Assembly (NCBI GenBank): GCA_051942205.1
Contig: JAVECO010000146.1
Coordinates: forward strand, 1-60,921
DNA length: 60,921 bases
Reading direction: 5' to 3'
Source: Coniocarpon cinnabarinum
Taxonomy: Eukaryota
Position numbers and translations under genes: made by a program. Numbering within the stretch: the first letter of the stretch is position 1; the number at the start of each line of letters is the position of its first letter. Under the pieces are notes generated by a model, which saw only the letters and a list, made by a program, of their open reading frames with translations, had not been told where the DNA came from and did not search any database. Positions 23,557 through 36,731 of this stretch are shown one piece after another.

Positions 23557-25544
23557 CTAGGGCTTGACCTTGCCCTCGGGAGGGGCTTCCTCGGAAGCAG
23601 GCACCTCTTCGATTTGCGGTGTTGGCTCCTTGATTTTGTCGCCTTCCCGAAGATAAACGATTGGAGTCTCGAAGGTCTTCCCATCTGCCGCATGAATACG
23701 CATCACAGACTTTTGGAAATCGATGGTAGGTCCGAGCGGTTTTATTATATCTGTCCCTAGCTCTACGCCGTGACCAGATGAGGTTGTGTCCATTACGTAT
23801 GCCGTTCCCACGATGTCGATACCATTCGCCTCGTCGTCTCCATGTAACTTCATATGGAGCTTAACGCGCTTGCTGAGCGTTTCAGAGCCGCCACCAAAGC
23901 CCGAAACTGTCATCCCATGAGTATTGAGTATCTTGACGTCTTTGGGGATGTGATGTGCCGCGATGATGGTCATTTCCGCTCCCGTGTCAAGAAGTACTTG
24001 AATCTTCCGAGGTTTGCCTTCATCATTAGGAGTGCCTGGATATACCGTTGCGGTGGTACTGCAACTGCCGAGTCGGTTGGAGAATGGTCGTATATGTGAT
24101 TTGTCAGTCAAGACGCGGTACCTCTCCATTCCAGGGTCTGATGTGCGCTTGAGGCGTTCAATCATGAATTTTACTTCATCGGTAGGAAAGTTTGGCTTGC
24201 GCTCCGGAAAACTATAAGCTGGGAAACCACATTTATACCAGCCTTCGCTGAACAGTACCGTCCAGAAGCCCTCTTTGCTGATCTGGTCTGATTGCTGCAT
24301 TACTTTAGTGAGATCCGAGATCCAGTCGTAGACATGATCCCACTGTGTTAAGAAAGGTCAGCGTTGCCCTCAGAATATATTTACAATGCGATTGTGAGCC
24401 ATTCACTGCATGCTAGGAGTTCGGATGTCTCCTCAAATAGGTTTCGGAGGCCTCACCTGCTTGTCTGCTTGCTCATCGTCCTCACATGGCGCTTTTCCTT
24501 CCAGATTGACTATTACAGAACGTGTCATATCTTTGTCATCTAAAACTCTGATCACCGTTGGCTTAACTTCATCCTCAAAAAGACCCTCAGGTGCGTTTAG
24601 CGGGCATGTTCTCAAGATGTCGTCATCCTGTATCATTGCCTTGTAGATGTCGTTCCTCAATGGCAAGCAGTCAGCACCACAGCTTTCCTGAAACTTTAGG
24701 TCCTAACTTACCTAGCGACATTCTCAAAGAAGAACTCTGCATTGCGTTGACTGTCCATCTTCGCCCATGTGAGACGATCTTTGACATTGTCACGGTCTTC
24801 TTCCAGTTCCGAATGCTCACCCTGGTGCAACGCACGTCAGCTCCTGTTATTGTAGAATTCACCGCTTTTTTCAAGACCTGGCGCATTGCTGGAAACGAAA
24901 CACCCTAACGGAAGAGAATCGCCTGCGTACCGAGTCGCAAGGGCTTTTGCACTCACCCTTAGCTTTTTCAAGGCATCTACTTTCTCACCGTACCTCTCGT
25001 AAAGCATGTCAGCAAATTCACGCCAACCTTTTGCGTCCTCATCACTAAGATTCGGCTTAGAGATCTCATCAGAGTCGTCTGAATGGATCTGGGTATTTTG
25101 GCTCTTCTCATGCTGTGCAGATGATACGGAGTCCTTGCTTGTAGAGTCGTCTACCGAGCTTGAACCACCACTTGAAGCATTGGCTGTGTCCACCACAGCC
25201 CTAGGGGCCGCAGAATCCTCAGATGGCTTCGCAGCGACCTTCGATGCCTCCAGAGACTTCTCGTTGTCCTGCCTATCTTTAACAAGCCTGTCGCGTGAGT
25301 CATGAGACTGGCTTCGTCGAAGACTGAAACCAGCCGCAAACGTGAGTAGAGATACTGCAAGTGTAATTGACCATTGCGAGGGTGCCGAGGAGTTTCGTAT
25401 ATGAGACGCAGTATCTATTGACGCACTTCGCAACTGCTGACTGCGATTCACTGGAGACCAAATTGTTTTTGCGGCTCCAGCTGAGCGTCGTCCGGAACTG
25501 CTCAACAGCGAACAGGCACGCTTTTGTACCACCATTCTCTTCAT
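23557..25544 (-). CDS. Four-exon 560-aa protein: presequence-like N-terminus, one TM helix, C-terminal retropepsin-like aspartic protease
   Basis: Exons are 25544-24957, 24821-24712, 24655-24457 and 24342-23557, totalling 1683 nt in one frame. Donors are GTGAGT, GTAAGT and GTGAGG, and all three introns have GCTGAC branch sites. Catalytic VLLDTGAEMTII has DTG at 23988-23980; flap VSGFGG and LGTDII...IDF follow. Confidence 0.8.
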
Positions 25545-28500
25545 GTTCCGATAGAACAGCCTGGAGCAACGCTCGACACCAGACGGAACAGGACGCGCAG
25601 GCCTTACTGCAGCCTGGCAGGCATGCGAAAGAGCCCCGACAGGCTGCTTATTGCTAATGCGCGTGAAATGAAGTGGCTGGTGGAGGCTTGAAAAACGAAC
25701 GGCTTGATTAGGTATAGCGGCTAACTCAAGGCGCTCCGTACGAGAAGACACTCTTAAAATCCTGATTCTTTGAGCTGCCGTACGCGTGCCTTGACATAGT
25801 CCTCATGTCAGAAACAGAGAGCGAAGACTTATACTTTCAGGCTATGTCAAATTACAAGATTAACTGCTCTTGAAAAAGTGCCTAGCGGATGCCAGAGTAG
25901 TGCCATTCCAGCAAAGCCGGTCTCACGCTGTAACATAATGCCAGTATGTACATGATCATCGATACATGTGCAATGGAGATGACGGTGTAAATTGAGTCCA
26001 TCCCGAGCCATAAATCCTGACAAGTTGAAAGGAGAGGGAAGTAAGACTACCTAGTTCAAGATCCATTGGCGCTAGCGTTGCTGCTGTATTGACATGCTCT
26101 ACGGAGGCATAACGAAGATAGCATGCGTAAGGAGGCTGGATAGTTGCGGACATAGGCGTCGGCGCCGACAAAAAATCCTTTTCTCGGCGGCAAAAGATTG
26201 CGCAATGTGCCTTTCCATCGACCAGGATCATCAAGGAGTAACCTGGCCATGCGAGCAGGGCTCAGGCAAGGCACGAATTGTCTTCTCATTGAGCACGTCC
26301 TCCGTACAGCTTACCTCCCAAAGAAGCACTGCAGTTTTAGGCGGGCCCTTCTTTACCGATATGCTTGATACAACGCATTGCAAGCCCGAATCAGTATCTT
26401 TCAAGAATGGTCGTTGGACCAACGAGAACAACCCTGGCTCAAGGACTCCGGTGACTCGATCAGCTCGTAAAGAGGGTCGCAGCTGTGGGTGTACAGTTCC
26501 TGCGGCGCCGATCGTGGCTTTGCCTAGTGCAAAAACATTGACGCTGTTGGGTGCCCGATTCTCTCGAGTCATAATCGTAGTATGTTGGCCGTGAGAAGCA
26601 CACGTGGCACACGTGCAATGAGTAGAACGCCTCATGCAGGTGATCATCCCTACCGCTAGTGATACGTTGAATTAGGTCGCTTACCGCCTCAATGTGGAGA
26701 TGAGACGCAAGCAGCGTGATCGCCTCTTACTTGCAGCGCTTGTGCCGTCCACGGACCATGCCTAGTCTGCCGTGATCTCCTTTGCAAGCCGCGCTAATGC
26801 GGACATATGGTGATTGCAAGCGGAAACAGGATGGATATGTGCGATGGTAGGGTGGAACGATTTTTGCTGACGTCAAACAACCAACATCGTCATAGCCACG
26901 GTGCTATCTTCGATCACATAACACCAGAGGCATTTTAGTATCGTTTACCGCTGCTTTGATGGGTTGGTGGCCGCCTGCAGTGATCGGATGAACTCTTCGT
27001 GCCGACGACGCAGTGAGTGCAACGCTAGACCGCTTGTCCTGCAGCGCTCAAGCAAAGCTCACAAGGCATGCTATGCCTGTGTGCTTGGCCATAATATTCC
27101 TGGAGCAAACGCTCGGTTTGGCGGTGAAGAAACGTTGACGCCGGAATGAGTGGAACTATTGCAAGAATATCCTGCGGTATCTCGCTATCGTGCGCGCCAA
27201 AAATGGAGACATGAGGGTGATCTCATGGATATCCTGGATGACTGTGTCAGATTTACCACTGCGAGACAGCCTGGTCTGCATCACGCAGCAACAGGACCGG
27301 TCATGATGAATTAAGCAAGATGCTCTTGGTATAGCGGCCAATTAGTAGCTCAGAGCATGCTCCCCATGCTTCCTCGAGAAAATATCCGCAAGCGGTGCTA
27401 GTCGAGGCCGACAACAACAATATCTTGACCAGAAGGTTTTCCCGGCTATACCAATGGAGATTGTTGAATTAGACTTGGCCAGGCTTTGGTGGCGCCATGA
27501 CGTAAATTTGATGCGACTTTGCCATGCTCAATAGGATACCTTGCGTCCCTCGGTTTCTGGGGCAGGCGCGAAGGTCTCAGTGTGGAGCAGACGGTGATAG
27601 CAAGAGTCCAGCCTGACCCTGCACAAATCGTGGAGCTTTAGCACAGCTGAGTGAGTCAAACGAGGAACGGGATACGTCTAAAGCTCGGGCAGCCAATCGA
27701 ATGCTGCTCGCTGCTCCCTGTCGTGGAGCGTTTGCCTGATGGCGTCTTTCCTTGGCTTTTGCGGCTTTTGTCTACAGTTGCTCATGCCTCCGACAAGGTA
27801 CATGCAAGGGCTCCGGCGATGCCACAGACACCCTCTCTTCCGTGCGTCTGACACAAAACACACATCCACGGCGGAGCGCAGAGGTACTAACTGGGGATAC
27901 CGGCGGTAAAGGGATTACGGCTCGCCGACCCGGGAGCGGCAGGCGTCTACGTCCCGACGCAGACTTGGTTGTGGACGGCGCAGGCAAACCGACTTGCAGC
28001 TGAGACAAGGGGAGTGCGAGGCAACGCGGTGATCGTCAGAACCTAAAAGATGGCCAGCGGCTATCGCCTGGTCTGTGCTGGCATTATGACTCGCCTCAGA
28101 GTAACCTCATGCAAGATTTCCGCGCAGAGCACAGGCTGACTCTCGAGACCATGTTCAGGCTCATGTACAAGGGGATGCAGGAGTCTGCCTCGCGAGTTCA
28201 CATGCATCCTGGCTGATTCGGAGCAAAGAACGCAATCAGGCAGCTCGTATTGAACCATACATGCTCTATACATCTTGCAGAAAATTGACGTCAAATGGCC
28301 TCCAACGCCTTGTTATGCCAAACGACCGGTGCTCTTGAGCATCGATGTAGCCAAATCGATAGTAAAGTGAAACAAATGCATCTTTGATTCTCCAGGTTTG
28401 ACAAGCTCGATGCCCTGCCGTATTGCGTCAAAAGATACTGAACAGAATGCGGACTTGTCGTTTGCCCTGCGCGTATAGACCGTAGTTGCTAAAAGACCTT

Positions 28501-28568
28501 CACTTAGTAAACCTGACGTGCAAGAGCTTGTAATTTCGCATCACCATGGGTCATGAATCCCCTCTTCG

Positions 28569-29913
28569 CTACACAGGTGGACCTGCTTTGCCCCCAGATC
28601 GCTGCTTAGCCTGGAGTACTGCACGCTCAGCGCTGAGTAGAGGCGACCCAATTTGCAGCTGTTGCGATACGTCTCCTTGATGAATCTCCATGTCGTATTT
28701 GACCTTGCTAGAATTTTTGCGTTTTTTGTTGGGTCTAGATCTCTTGACTCGGAATCTCCGAGCGCAGCCGTCTGAGACGTGTCTTTGCAGAGAGTCTTTG
28801 CGAGGAAAGCCTGCCCCACATTGATTGCAAACAAATTCCTTAGACTTTTGATGAACCTGAACCAGTTAGCAGGAGACCGGCACGAGCCATCTACTCTCAG
28901 CTCACACTTTGATCATGGCGCTTCAGGTCAGTAGGGCGGTAGAAACTCTTCTGGCAATTTGGTTTCGTGCACTGAAAAGGTCGTTGCCGGTAAGAATCAT
29001 GAGTCTGCAGATGGGTGTTGTAATTATACGTCCTCGCAACTGGTTTACCACAGAACGGACAAAAGTAGCGTGGTAATTCCGGCGTTCGCTCTCGCCGGTT
29101 GGAGTTATCTTCCTCCGCGTCAAGTCCACCTTGGCAGGCTTCCTCTTGCGTGGCAGACCTGAGATTCTGCAAGGAAGCTCTCCTAGTAGGCTCTTCTTTT
29201 TTAATGGAAGGTGATAAGCCGCGCCGATGAAATTCCTCAGCGGGGCATGAGGCCCGCGTCGTGATTGCAAGGGCGTGATCAACGGAGCCGACAAAACTTT
29301 CACTTTGGTTGATGGTGAGGTGACAAGGGTCCAAATGGTCCAGATCATAGAACTTGTTCTCAACAGAAGAGAGCGCCTCGCTACCCATACGAGAATATGG
29401 TTCTTCATGCATGAGAGACATGGGCGAGTTGGTGTGCGTTCCTAGCCCACATCGTGCTATCTCCGTTGGATTATGATCTTGTTTGGACATAGGCTCAGGA
29501 TAATTCAGTGACATGGTTGCTGGTATACCGTACTCATGATTGTGTTCCTCCATAGACACCGCTCTTCCCACGTGATTGAGTTCCACAGATTGCGAAAGCG
29601 ACCAAACCATTGCGGAAGGATACGTGAAGTTTAGTCCTTGCCCAGATGCATAGCTGTGATTGAGCGATTGCGCAGATAAGCCCGAGAATCTGCGGGCATC
29701 CTCACTCCAAGGCGGTGGAGCGAGATCAGTAAATGTGTCTGAGCCTGTCGAGAATACAGATGAGGGATGTAGAGTGTGAGCCTCCACGGAGGCCGATGTG
29801 GAACTACTACTTGGTGGCGATGGATAGATGGGAAAACCACCATCATGTGGCATGTCTATTGATCCTTCTCGGTTCGTAACATGTGTCATCTGGTGAGCAA
29901 ACGGACTGGACAT
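28569..29913 (-). CDS. C2H2 zinc-finger transcription factor (three fingers)
   Basis: Exons are 29913-28906 and 28856-28569, with a GTGAGC...GCTAAC...CAG intron. Fingers are CPFC...HLQTH, CTKPNC...HDQSVH and CNQC...HVSDGC, followed by a basic NLS-like KRSRPNKKRK. Confidence 0.88.
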
Positions 29914-32039
29914 GTAGATGTTCCGTAATGTAGCTAGAATAATAACAAATCTGCTTCAAGGCTTTGAATGGTCAGGCGCAGAGTCAAACGCAGGACAGGA
30001 ATGAGAGTAGAATGTCAAGCTCAAGCTGAAGACAGGAGTGATAGGAATGATTTCAAATGTACAGATGTCAACAGTACTTGACCTTAGGACTTGCATCACA
30101 ACTTAATAAACAGACGGTAGGGAACGAGGTCCCAGGGCAAGAGAGCATGGGTCCCATCAACGAGGCAGATTTCCAGGCTACACATCGCTCGCGCTTAGGC
30201 ACCGGCCACATGGTGGGCATACACGATCAAGCACTGGCTGCAGCGGGCCTAAACGAGCCATGTGAGTTTACATGACTACGGCCTGCGAGTACCGTGACTA
30301 ATGTGTCAAATGAAATGCGCGCAAAGCCACGGCGTGAAGCATCGGCTGCGGCAACACTCGTCCAGGGTGCTGGGTGAAGTGTGAAACAACGCCCCCATCG
30401 ACGCACTTCAACCAACACCAGTGCTGCGGCTTCTAGACACACTCTGAGGGAGCGTCGAATGCTCGGATCACTCTGGAGCACCGGTGCTGCTGTACGACCA
30501 GTGACGGCGATTCACCAATGAGACGAGGGCAGGATGAATGTGCTGCATGCGGTGAGTGCCAACATTGCGTGGGGTTTGAATTAGGCGCTTGACGTGCAGC
30601 CCTCGCGGATCCACGTTGGCTCCGCCGATAATGCTGGTTGTACTCAAGGGAAAGTCCTGATGGCGTGCGCAAGCTTGGGTGATGCGCGGTGTAGGTCCAA
30701 TGAGTGAGCAGGATCAGCCGCCAGATCCGTAATCGAATAGTGCCAGCCATGCCAGCTGTCGGCATCTTGGATACTCATGGGCTGAATTTCGGGAGCTATC
30801 GCGCGAGAGAATGCAGCCGGTTGCCTTGACAAAGCCCAGCTGACGACCTAGAATCCACGTTGAGTGCTGGCTGATCGGACTCCACAGATGGGAGACCAGG
30901 GCCCGCTGGAAGAGACGGTCAGCCAGATTGCCAGACGGTGCCGTTCACCGGGATCCACGAGTCAAGCCGCCACATGAAATTCGAGAACACGTCTCTGAAT
31001 GATGCTGCGGCGGGGGTAAACGACCGTCAGGCGGAAGTCCGGAAGATTGAGATCGCGCACCTAGTGTGTGATCCAAGCGGCGCTCGTGCATAGATTACCG
31101 CACCTAGCACGGCCGATCAGGAATTTTGAAGCCCTCTAGTCGAGTGATGGGGGCGAACCAGTTGCCTTACTCAACCGTTCCAGTGGCCTACCGCAGCGCG
31201 GGCTGGAGACACCTTCCATTGACGAGGGGTCCTCGCGGGTGTCTGGAAATGCGGCAGATGGCTCTCGGCCGGATCTCGTCACAGTTGCAGGCGTGTGCGT
31301 AGAGGCCCAACACGAGTCGGCGATGTGGGCATGCTCAGGTCGCTTCCACGGAGGCTGAGAAGAAGAGAAGTCAGGAGGGACGATGTTGACCAGTCGTGCA
31401 TATGGTGACGAGCTTTTGGCTTCTGGCACGTCGACGGTGATTCGTCTCCAGCCTGGCGGACCAGCGTGTAATTCGCTTCGGCCCATGCAATAGCCGCTTG
31501 CACGTGCACTAACGAATCCTCTAGTGTTGGGTACTCCTGGACCGTTCATTTACTGCCCTCGCTCCCCCTCACAGACTGCGACATCACCATCCCAGGCTGC
31601 AGAAGTATTGGAGCGAGCGACGTTCTCTGCTCCACTTTCCTACAGGAGGCGCGCGCTCTTGCCGCACTGCCAGGCGCTAGTGCTGCTCCTCGCGCCGCTT
31701 GTGTCGATCAACCGGCTGAGCAGCAGTGCACGCCCATCCGACCTCACCACCGCGAGTGGGGACGTGAGTGACTCCGGTCTCTGGGGCGTTTGAGCAGGTA
31801 TGCGACGCAAATGTGTGGCATTGCTTTCGTGATGACTTGCATCTTGCTGTAGAGCTGAGAGGGGAAAGTGTAGCCATACTGCTGTACCCCTCGGCCAGGG
31901 CGTGGTCGCGCGACTGGGGTGTATAATAGCGTCTACATTATTGCAGAGAACGCGCCCTTGGGTAAGAAACGTTTGCGGCCGACGCTGTGAATGTTCCTAA
32001 AGAGGCCACTTGGCATGCATCATCGCCGAGCAGTGAGGA

Positions 32040-33732
32040 TTATCGACCGAAGTCCCAGGCAGCCATGCCCTGAATGTCTCGATGTGGTGACTCAACAGCA
32101 TGGGCGGAAACGCCCATCTCTGGGTCCTGTCGGAGTCTCTGCTGAAAGTGTCTTTGGTGCGATTTCGCCCTCACCTCCCCACTCAGTCTGCGGGTAGGGG
32201 ACACGTCGACAGAGCTGTCCCGTCGCGACCCATATGCATTTGCCGCAGCCATGCTTCTCGCCGCTCTTGCCCGCTCGCTGTAGTCTTGTTGCCAAAATTT
32301 CAGGGCTGATAACAACGTGCCGTCAGAGCCAGGAATGTGACGCCACGGCTTTTCTCGCAGGCAGAACACGAGGGCATCGACAAACCCCAGAATCGCGTAA
32401 CTGAAATATGCCCACATGCCTACACCGAAAATGGGACGCGCGGCGTATTGACTATAATAGAAGGTAATGTGCTGAACGAGTGGGCCTACCCAGGTCACGA
32501 AGTGAACAACGGGGTATATGAACAACAAACGCAGCTGACGCCTGATGGCATTGCGTTTCTTGCGCATTCCCTCGACCTCTAATCTCGCGTTCATGGAGCA
32601 CCACACTGCTGTGTCGTTCGTAGTTCTTGACACAGGATCGGCAAACGAGGGTTCAATGTCACGTTTAGCTGGCTGCGATGACGTGTTGAAGGCATCTCCG
32701 CCGTGCTGGTGGGATTGCTCGCCTTTGCTTGCACTAGAACTGGCCTTGGCATGTCGCCACAAATGCTGACCTGTTTCACCTGTTGCCGTCGAACCGTGCC
32801 GATTGATGTCGTCACACGCTATTTGCGTGCTCGCTGTCGATTGCTGTTCGAGACTTTGCAAGCTGTTCGCAGCTGAAATGGACTCATTTTCCTGGCTCCT
32901 CGCGTTGGACATGCTGACGCGTGGAGCTACTGAAGATGTGTGTGACCGCGGGAGTTCTGCCCTTGCTTTCCGTCTTGCATCCGATAGACGCCTCATCGCT
33001 TGACCTAGCTTTCCATGAAAAATCTTGGAGTCTGAAAACTCGCGTTCGGCGTGGATGTATATAGCTAAGTACAACGCCACCGTGGTGAGAATGATGAGAT
33101 ATCGAGGAATCCACGAGATGGTGATCCTGTACCAGAAAGGTCTGATTGGCAAAGTGCAAAAGGGACCTTGCGACATGTAAGCATGCTTCCCTTTGATGAA
33201 TGGCAAAGATGCAAGCAATGCAGGCAGTGCAAAGAAACCTGCGAAAATGGTGTGGCGGAACTTGTGCAGTCCCCCAGGGCCAAGTACAGTCGGCTTGGGC
33301 CGAAATACCTGCAGGGCAGTGTGAACTGCAATCAGTAAGGTAGCGTAATCGGTCATTTCGAAGCTCATTTGCGTGAAATACCCGCTCGCTTGGCAGAATC
33401 CGGACTTTGTAGAGGTCGCACCTCGAGCAAAAGTAACCACGGGAAATGCAAACAGCCAAGCTGACCGAAAAAGGTCGGAAGCTAATACCAGCATTATAAA
33501 ACTTGAGCGAATTAGCTTTGGAAGTCAGAGTCATACGTCGTCCTCACGAGTGTCTGAAAGATTTCCGCATCAAGCAGAACAAATACAAGACGAAGAGACC
33601 GCTAATGAGACTGATGCCAGAAGCAATGCAGGCTACTAGCTGAATATCGAAAACGAGTCTCGCGTTTCCAGAAGTTTGGGGTATAGGTTTGCTCAAAGAC
33701 GTCCGCTTGTCCATTCTTGAAGCACTTTCCAT
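32040..33732 (-). CDS. Git3/Gpr1-type (carbon-sensing class) G-protein-coupled receptor
   Basis: Exons are 33732-33548 and 33501-32040. Motifs are MRKSFRH, FCQASGYF, IAVHTALQVF and CTLPIRPFWYR, with a long third loop. The Git3_C region reads RRQLRLLFIYP and GFVDALVFCLREKPW. Confidence 0.9.
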
Positions 33733-34071
33733 CGACCAAATGCCGTTAGGGTTTGCAGGTATTTTGGGGTAGATGACAGCTGGGAAAGCTGCCTGCAAGC
33801 ACTGCTAAACAGCGCACGATGTGATATGCGTCTGCCCGTATCCATGTCCACGCATGATGGAAAAAAGATTCAGGCACCAAACACTGACGACAAACCACGT
33901 TGATCCAGTGCGTTGCGCAGACGACAGGTCATTTCAAGCTACAATCAAGGAGAAACGATGAGAGAAAAGTGCGTAAGCTACAAGAATCAGAGCCAGAGAT
34001 GCTGGCCGGTTGCGTACGTCGGCGCGGTTGCGTTACTTAGCCGTTCACATTCCTCGGGGTGAGTGTGCCGA

Positions 34072-34821
34072 TTAATCAAAGCTCGGTGCAAGACATATGA
34101 GACTGAACCGTAAATTTCCACCGCCGGCCTTCTTCTCGCGATTGAGAAAGCTTCGTACGCCAACGTTGAGCGCTTTCTCTGACAAAACATCTTCATCTGG
34201 CCCAAGCTGGCCGAGTTCTATAGGTCCTTTGCGGGCGCCATCAAGCTCCCACAGGCGGTTGTCGTCAGATTTGACGAAGCACACGTAATGCAAGTCCACT
34301 TTGGAGTCTGCTTCGGGAACAGTAGAGTCGCCGCCGCTACCGGCTTTCAGTGTGGCGCTTTCAAGGCTCTTCGACTCGTAGAGCAGGTTGGCTCGCTCGA
34401 CCGGTTTCAGCGGGATGGCATCTTTGATGAGGCTGCCAAGAGACGATTGCGGATCCACGTGCTTACGCGCCTCGCCGTTGGAAGCGCCGTGCAGAAGTCC
34501 CATTAAGCCGCATGCATTCCCAATAGTCTGCTTGTACCAGATCACCGGCTCATCAGGACCGTGGCCAGTGTACTCCTCCTTGTCCTTGTCTGCATCAGCT
34601 CGATATTTTTCGTAGACGTCGCCGGTTGGAAAGACCAGCAACAAGGCGTGCGCTGGACGAGGCACAAAGGACAGGAGTTCTGGCTCGTCGATGGAGTAGA
34701 CGTCGTGGAATGCCAGCTGCGGCGACATGCCAAGGTTGTGCAGTAGCTTGCTCATGACCTCGGGGTTGTTCTCGAGCGGGACGACATATTTCTTGCCGTT
34801 CGTGATCTTGACGGCGGCCAT
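34072..34821 (-). CDS. YUH1: Ubiquitin C-terminal hydrolase (peptidase C12, UCH-L3/Yuh1-like)
   Basis: PLENNPEV, catalytic Cys in QTIGNACG, His in LHYVCF and Asp in WELDG. Confidence 0.93.
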   Translation of the reverse strand: MAAVKITNGKKYVVPLENNPEVMSKLLHNLGMSPQLAFHDVYSIDEPELLSFVPRPAHALLLVFPTGDVYEKYRADADKDKEEYTGHGPDEPVIWYKQTIGNACGLMGLLHGASNGEARKHVDPQSSLGSLIKDAIPLKPVERANLLYESKSLESATLKAGSGGDSTVPEADSKVDLHYVCFVKSDDNRLWELDGARKGPIELGQLGPDEDVLSEKALNVGVRSFLNREKKAGGGNLRFSLICLAPSFD

Positions 34822-35254
34822 TTTGAGAATGCAGGACGTCGCTACAATCGGTCACCCTTTCTCGACTGTATTATCGACTCCTCACCAGAATAACGTTATG
34901 CTTCTATCTTATTCCAGCGCACACGCAGGATGATTTAGACCCTTGCAGCATTCAATTGAGAAATGCAAGTCTTACAAGATACGTCGATGAGAAGAATGAG
35001 AATGTTGCAAGAGTCGGTGCTCGTATATAAATTTCACGTGAGATGAAACGCGTTAGGCAGCCGTTGCAGACGCGTTCAATGTGTGCGGGGCGTACATGAC
35101 GTCGCCCGTTTGGATACCTTACTTCTTACTTCCATCAGTGTAAAGATGTTTGCCCATCATCTTTCTTCTCCCGCCTCAAGCATCACGCTAGATTGCGAAA
35201 CATCATCACAGACGCCAACCGTATTCTGAACGGCGTCGCCATCTTGCGTAAACC

Positions 35255-36433
35255 ATGGCGGCCCTGGCTGCCTCCTCCATGACCAAGCTCATCGCTGCCT
35301 CCCTCCCCACGCAGGCCTCCCCTCAATTAAAGACGCCCACCGATGCTCTCGCAGCCGCCGTCCACGCCGGCCTCCTCGCTGTCAATTTCAAACTCGTTGC
35401 TCTAGGCGAGGACAACAATCTACCCAAGCCCTCCACATCCGAAGCACCGCTCCCATTTCCTGCAGAATGGAACGCCCACCCTGCAATCGACCTCAAGTAC
35501 ACCCATCCACAGTCCTCAATGCAGTTCCTCCTCCACATCTCACGGCTTGCCTCCAAAGTATCTATACAAGCCATTGCCCTTGGTCATGACAAAGTCGTCT
35601 CCTTCGATGTCACGGCCAACGAATACATCTCTGAATCATCCCTCCCCGCGTCTCCCACCAAAGACGTCGCAAGTCCCGACGACGCGAACCACGCCATCCA
35701 GGGCATTTTCATCTCACCTTCTCGCCTAACAGACTTCGGGAACTTGCTCAAAACCCGAATCATTCAACCGCTCATCCCAGGCTTGCAGAAAGAAGGCTAC
35801 GAAGACACTTCTACATCTTCCACAAATACCTCAAATCAACAGGATCCCCCCCACCCTCGCGATCCAATCCACGACCCACCGCCTTACGATCCCCTCCGCC
35901 ATGATCCGCCACCGGCCCAGCCACATCCCCCGACTGACCCCTCAGCTCCTCGTCCGTCACGCCCCGCACCAGCAGGCGACTTCCCACCCCCTGGCTTCGA
36001 AGACCCCTACGACGTCCATCGGCCTCCGCGCAATCTTCCTCCTGGCGCAGTCAATCCCACAGCCGGCTACGGCGAGCGCGATCTCTATCCTCCAGGCATG
36101 GGTCCCAACGACCCACTGCGCGTTGGTGGTCCCAGAGGTGGAGGCGGTGGCATGTACATGGACATGCGGAGAGACTTGGATCCCAATGCACGGCCGGACT
36201 TTGGACCGCAAGCACCGCCGGGCGCTAGATATGATCCTGTGGGACCTGGCGCTGGAGATGGAGTGCCGTATGATCCTTTGAGTGGGGATATGGGTGGACC
36301 GCGGAGGGGTGGACCCGGTGCTGGCGGGTTTGGTGGGATGAGAGGTCCGGGAGGGGGAGGCGGGCGTTTTGGAGGCATGGGAGGGCGGCCGCCGAACCCA
36401 TTTGGAGGATTTGAAGATGGCGACTTTATTTGA
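35255..36433 (+). CDS. PI31 proteasome regulator (Fub1/PSMF1-like)
   Basis: N-terminal FP-like domain (HAGLLAVNF, YTHPQSSMQFLL, LIPGLQKEGYE) and a Pro-rich tail with YGERDLYPPG, GGGMY and PPGARYDPVGP. It ends DFI. Confidence 0.9.
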   Translation: MAALAASSMTKLIAASLPTQASPQLKTPTDALAAAVHAGLLAVNFKLVALGEDNNLPKPSTSEAPLPFPAEWNAHPAIDLKYTHPQSSMQFLLHISRLASKVSIQAIALGHDKVVSFDVTANEYISESSLPASPTKDVASPDDANHAIQGIFISPSRLTDFGNLLKTRIIQPLIPGLQKEGYEDTSTSSTNTSNQQDPPHPRDPIHDPPPYDPLRHDPPPAQPHPPTDPSAPRPSRPAPAGDFPPPGFEDPYDVHRPPRNLPPGAVNPTAGYGERDLYPPGMGPNDPLRVGGPRGGGGGMYMDMRRDLDPNARPDFGPQAPPGARYDPVGPGAGDGVPYDPLSGDMGGPRRGGPGAGGFGGMRGPGGGGGRFGGMGGRPPNPFGGFEDGDFI

Positions 36434-36731
36434 TGGAAGAGAAGTGCGATTCGGGGTGGAGCTGTACATGTTTGAATGTTGTACGATCAGAGATGATAAC
36501 GATGAAACGTGACGAATCAGAGCAATTGTGATCATAAGTGAGGGGGTGACTCATACGATGAAAATACCAGCATTTGCAGGTCGACATCGTCGAGAATGAG
36601 CTCCGCATCAAGCATACCTACAAAGCAGGCTCAAGGCTGCTGACATGGCTGTAAATCAGAAGGTGAAAGGAGAAAGCTGCAGAGACCACGCTCGAGTCGT
36701 GAATGGTTGTATACCTACCTGAGCATGCTGC

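Noticed and set aside
23557..24300. LTR-retrotransposon remnant suggested by the DTG protease
   Set aside because: There is no RT, RNase H, integrase, gag zinc knuckle or LTR. The frame is intact and joined to upstream exons by spliceosomal introns.
25800..28500. Short ORFs in the long intergenic region (e.g. 26231-26647 and 26094-26594)
   Set aside because: I find no recognisable domain, convincing splice model or repeat. A decayed gene cannot be excluded.
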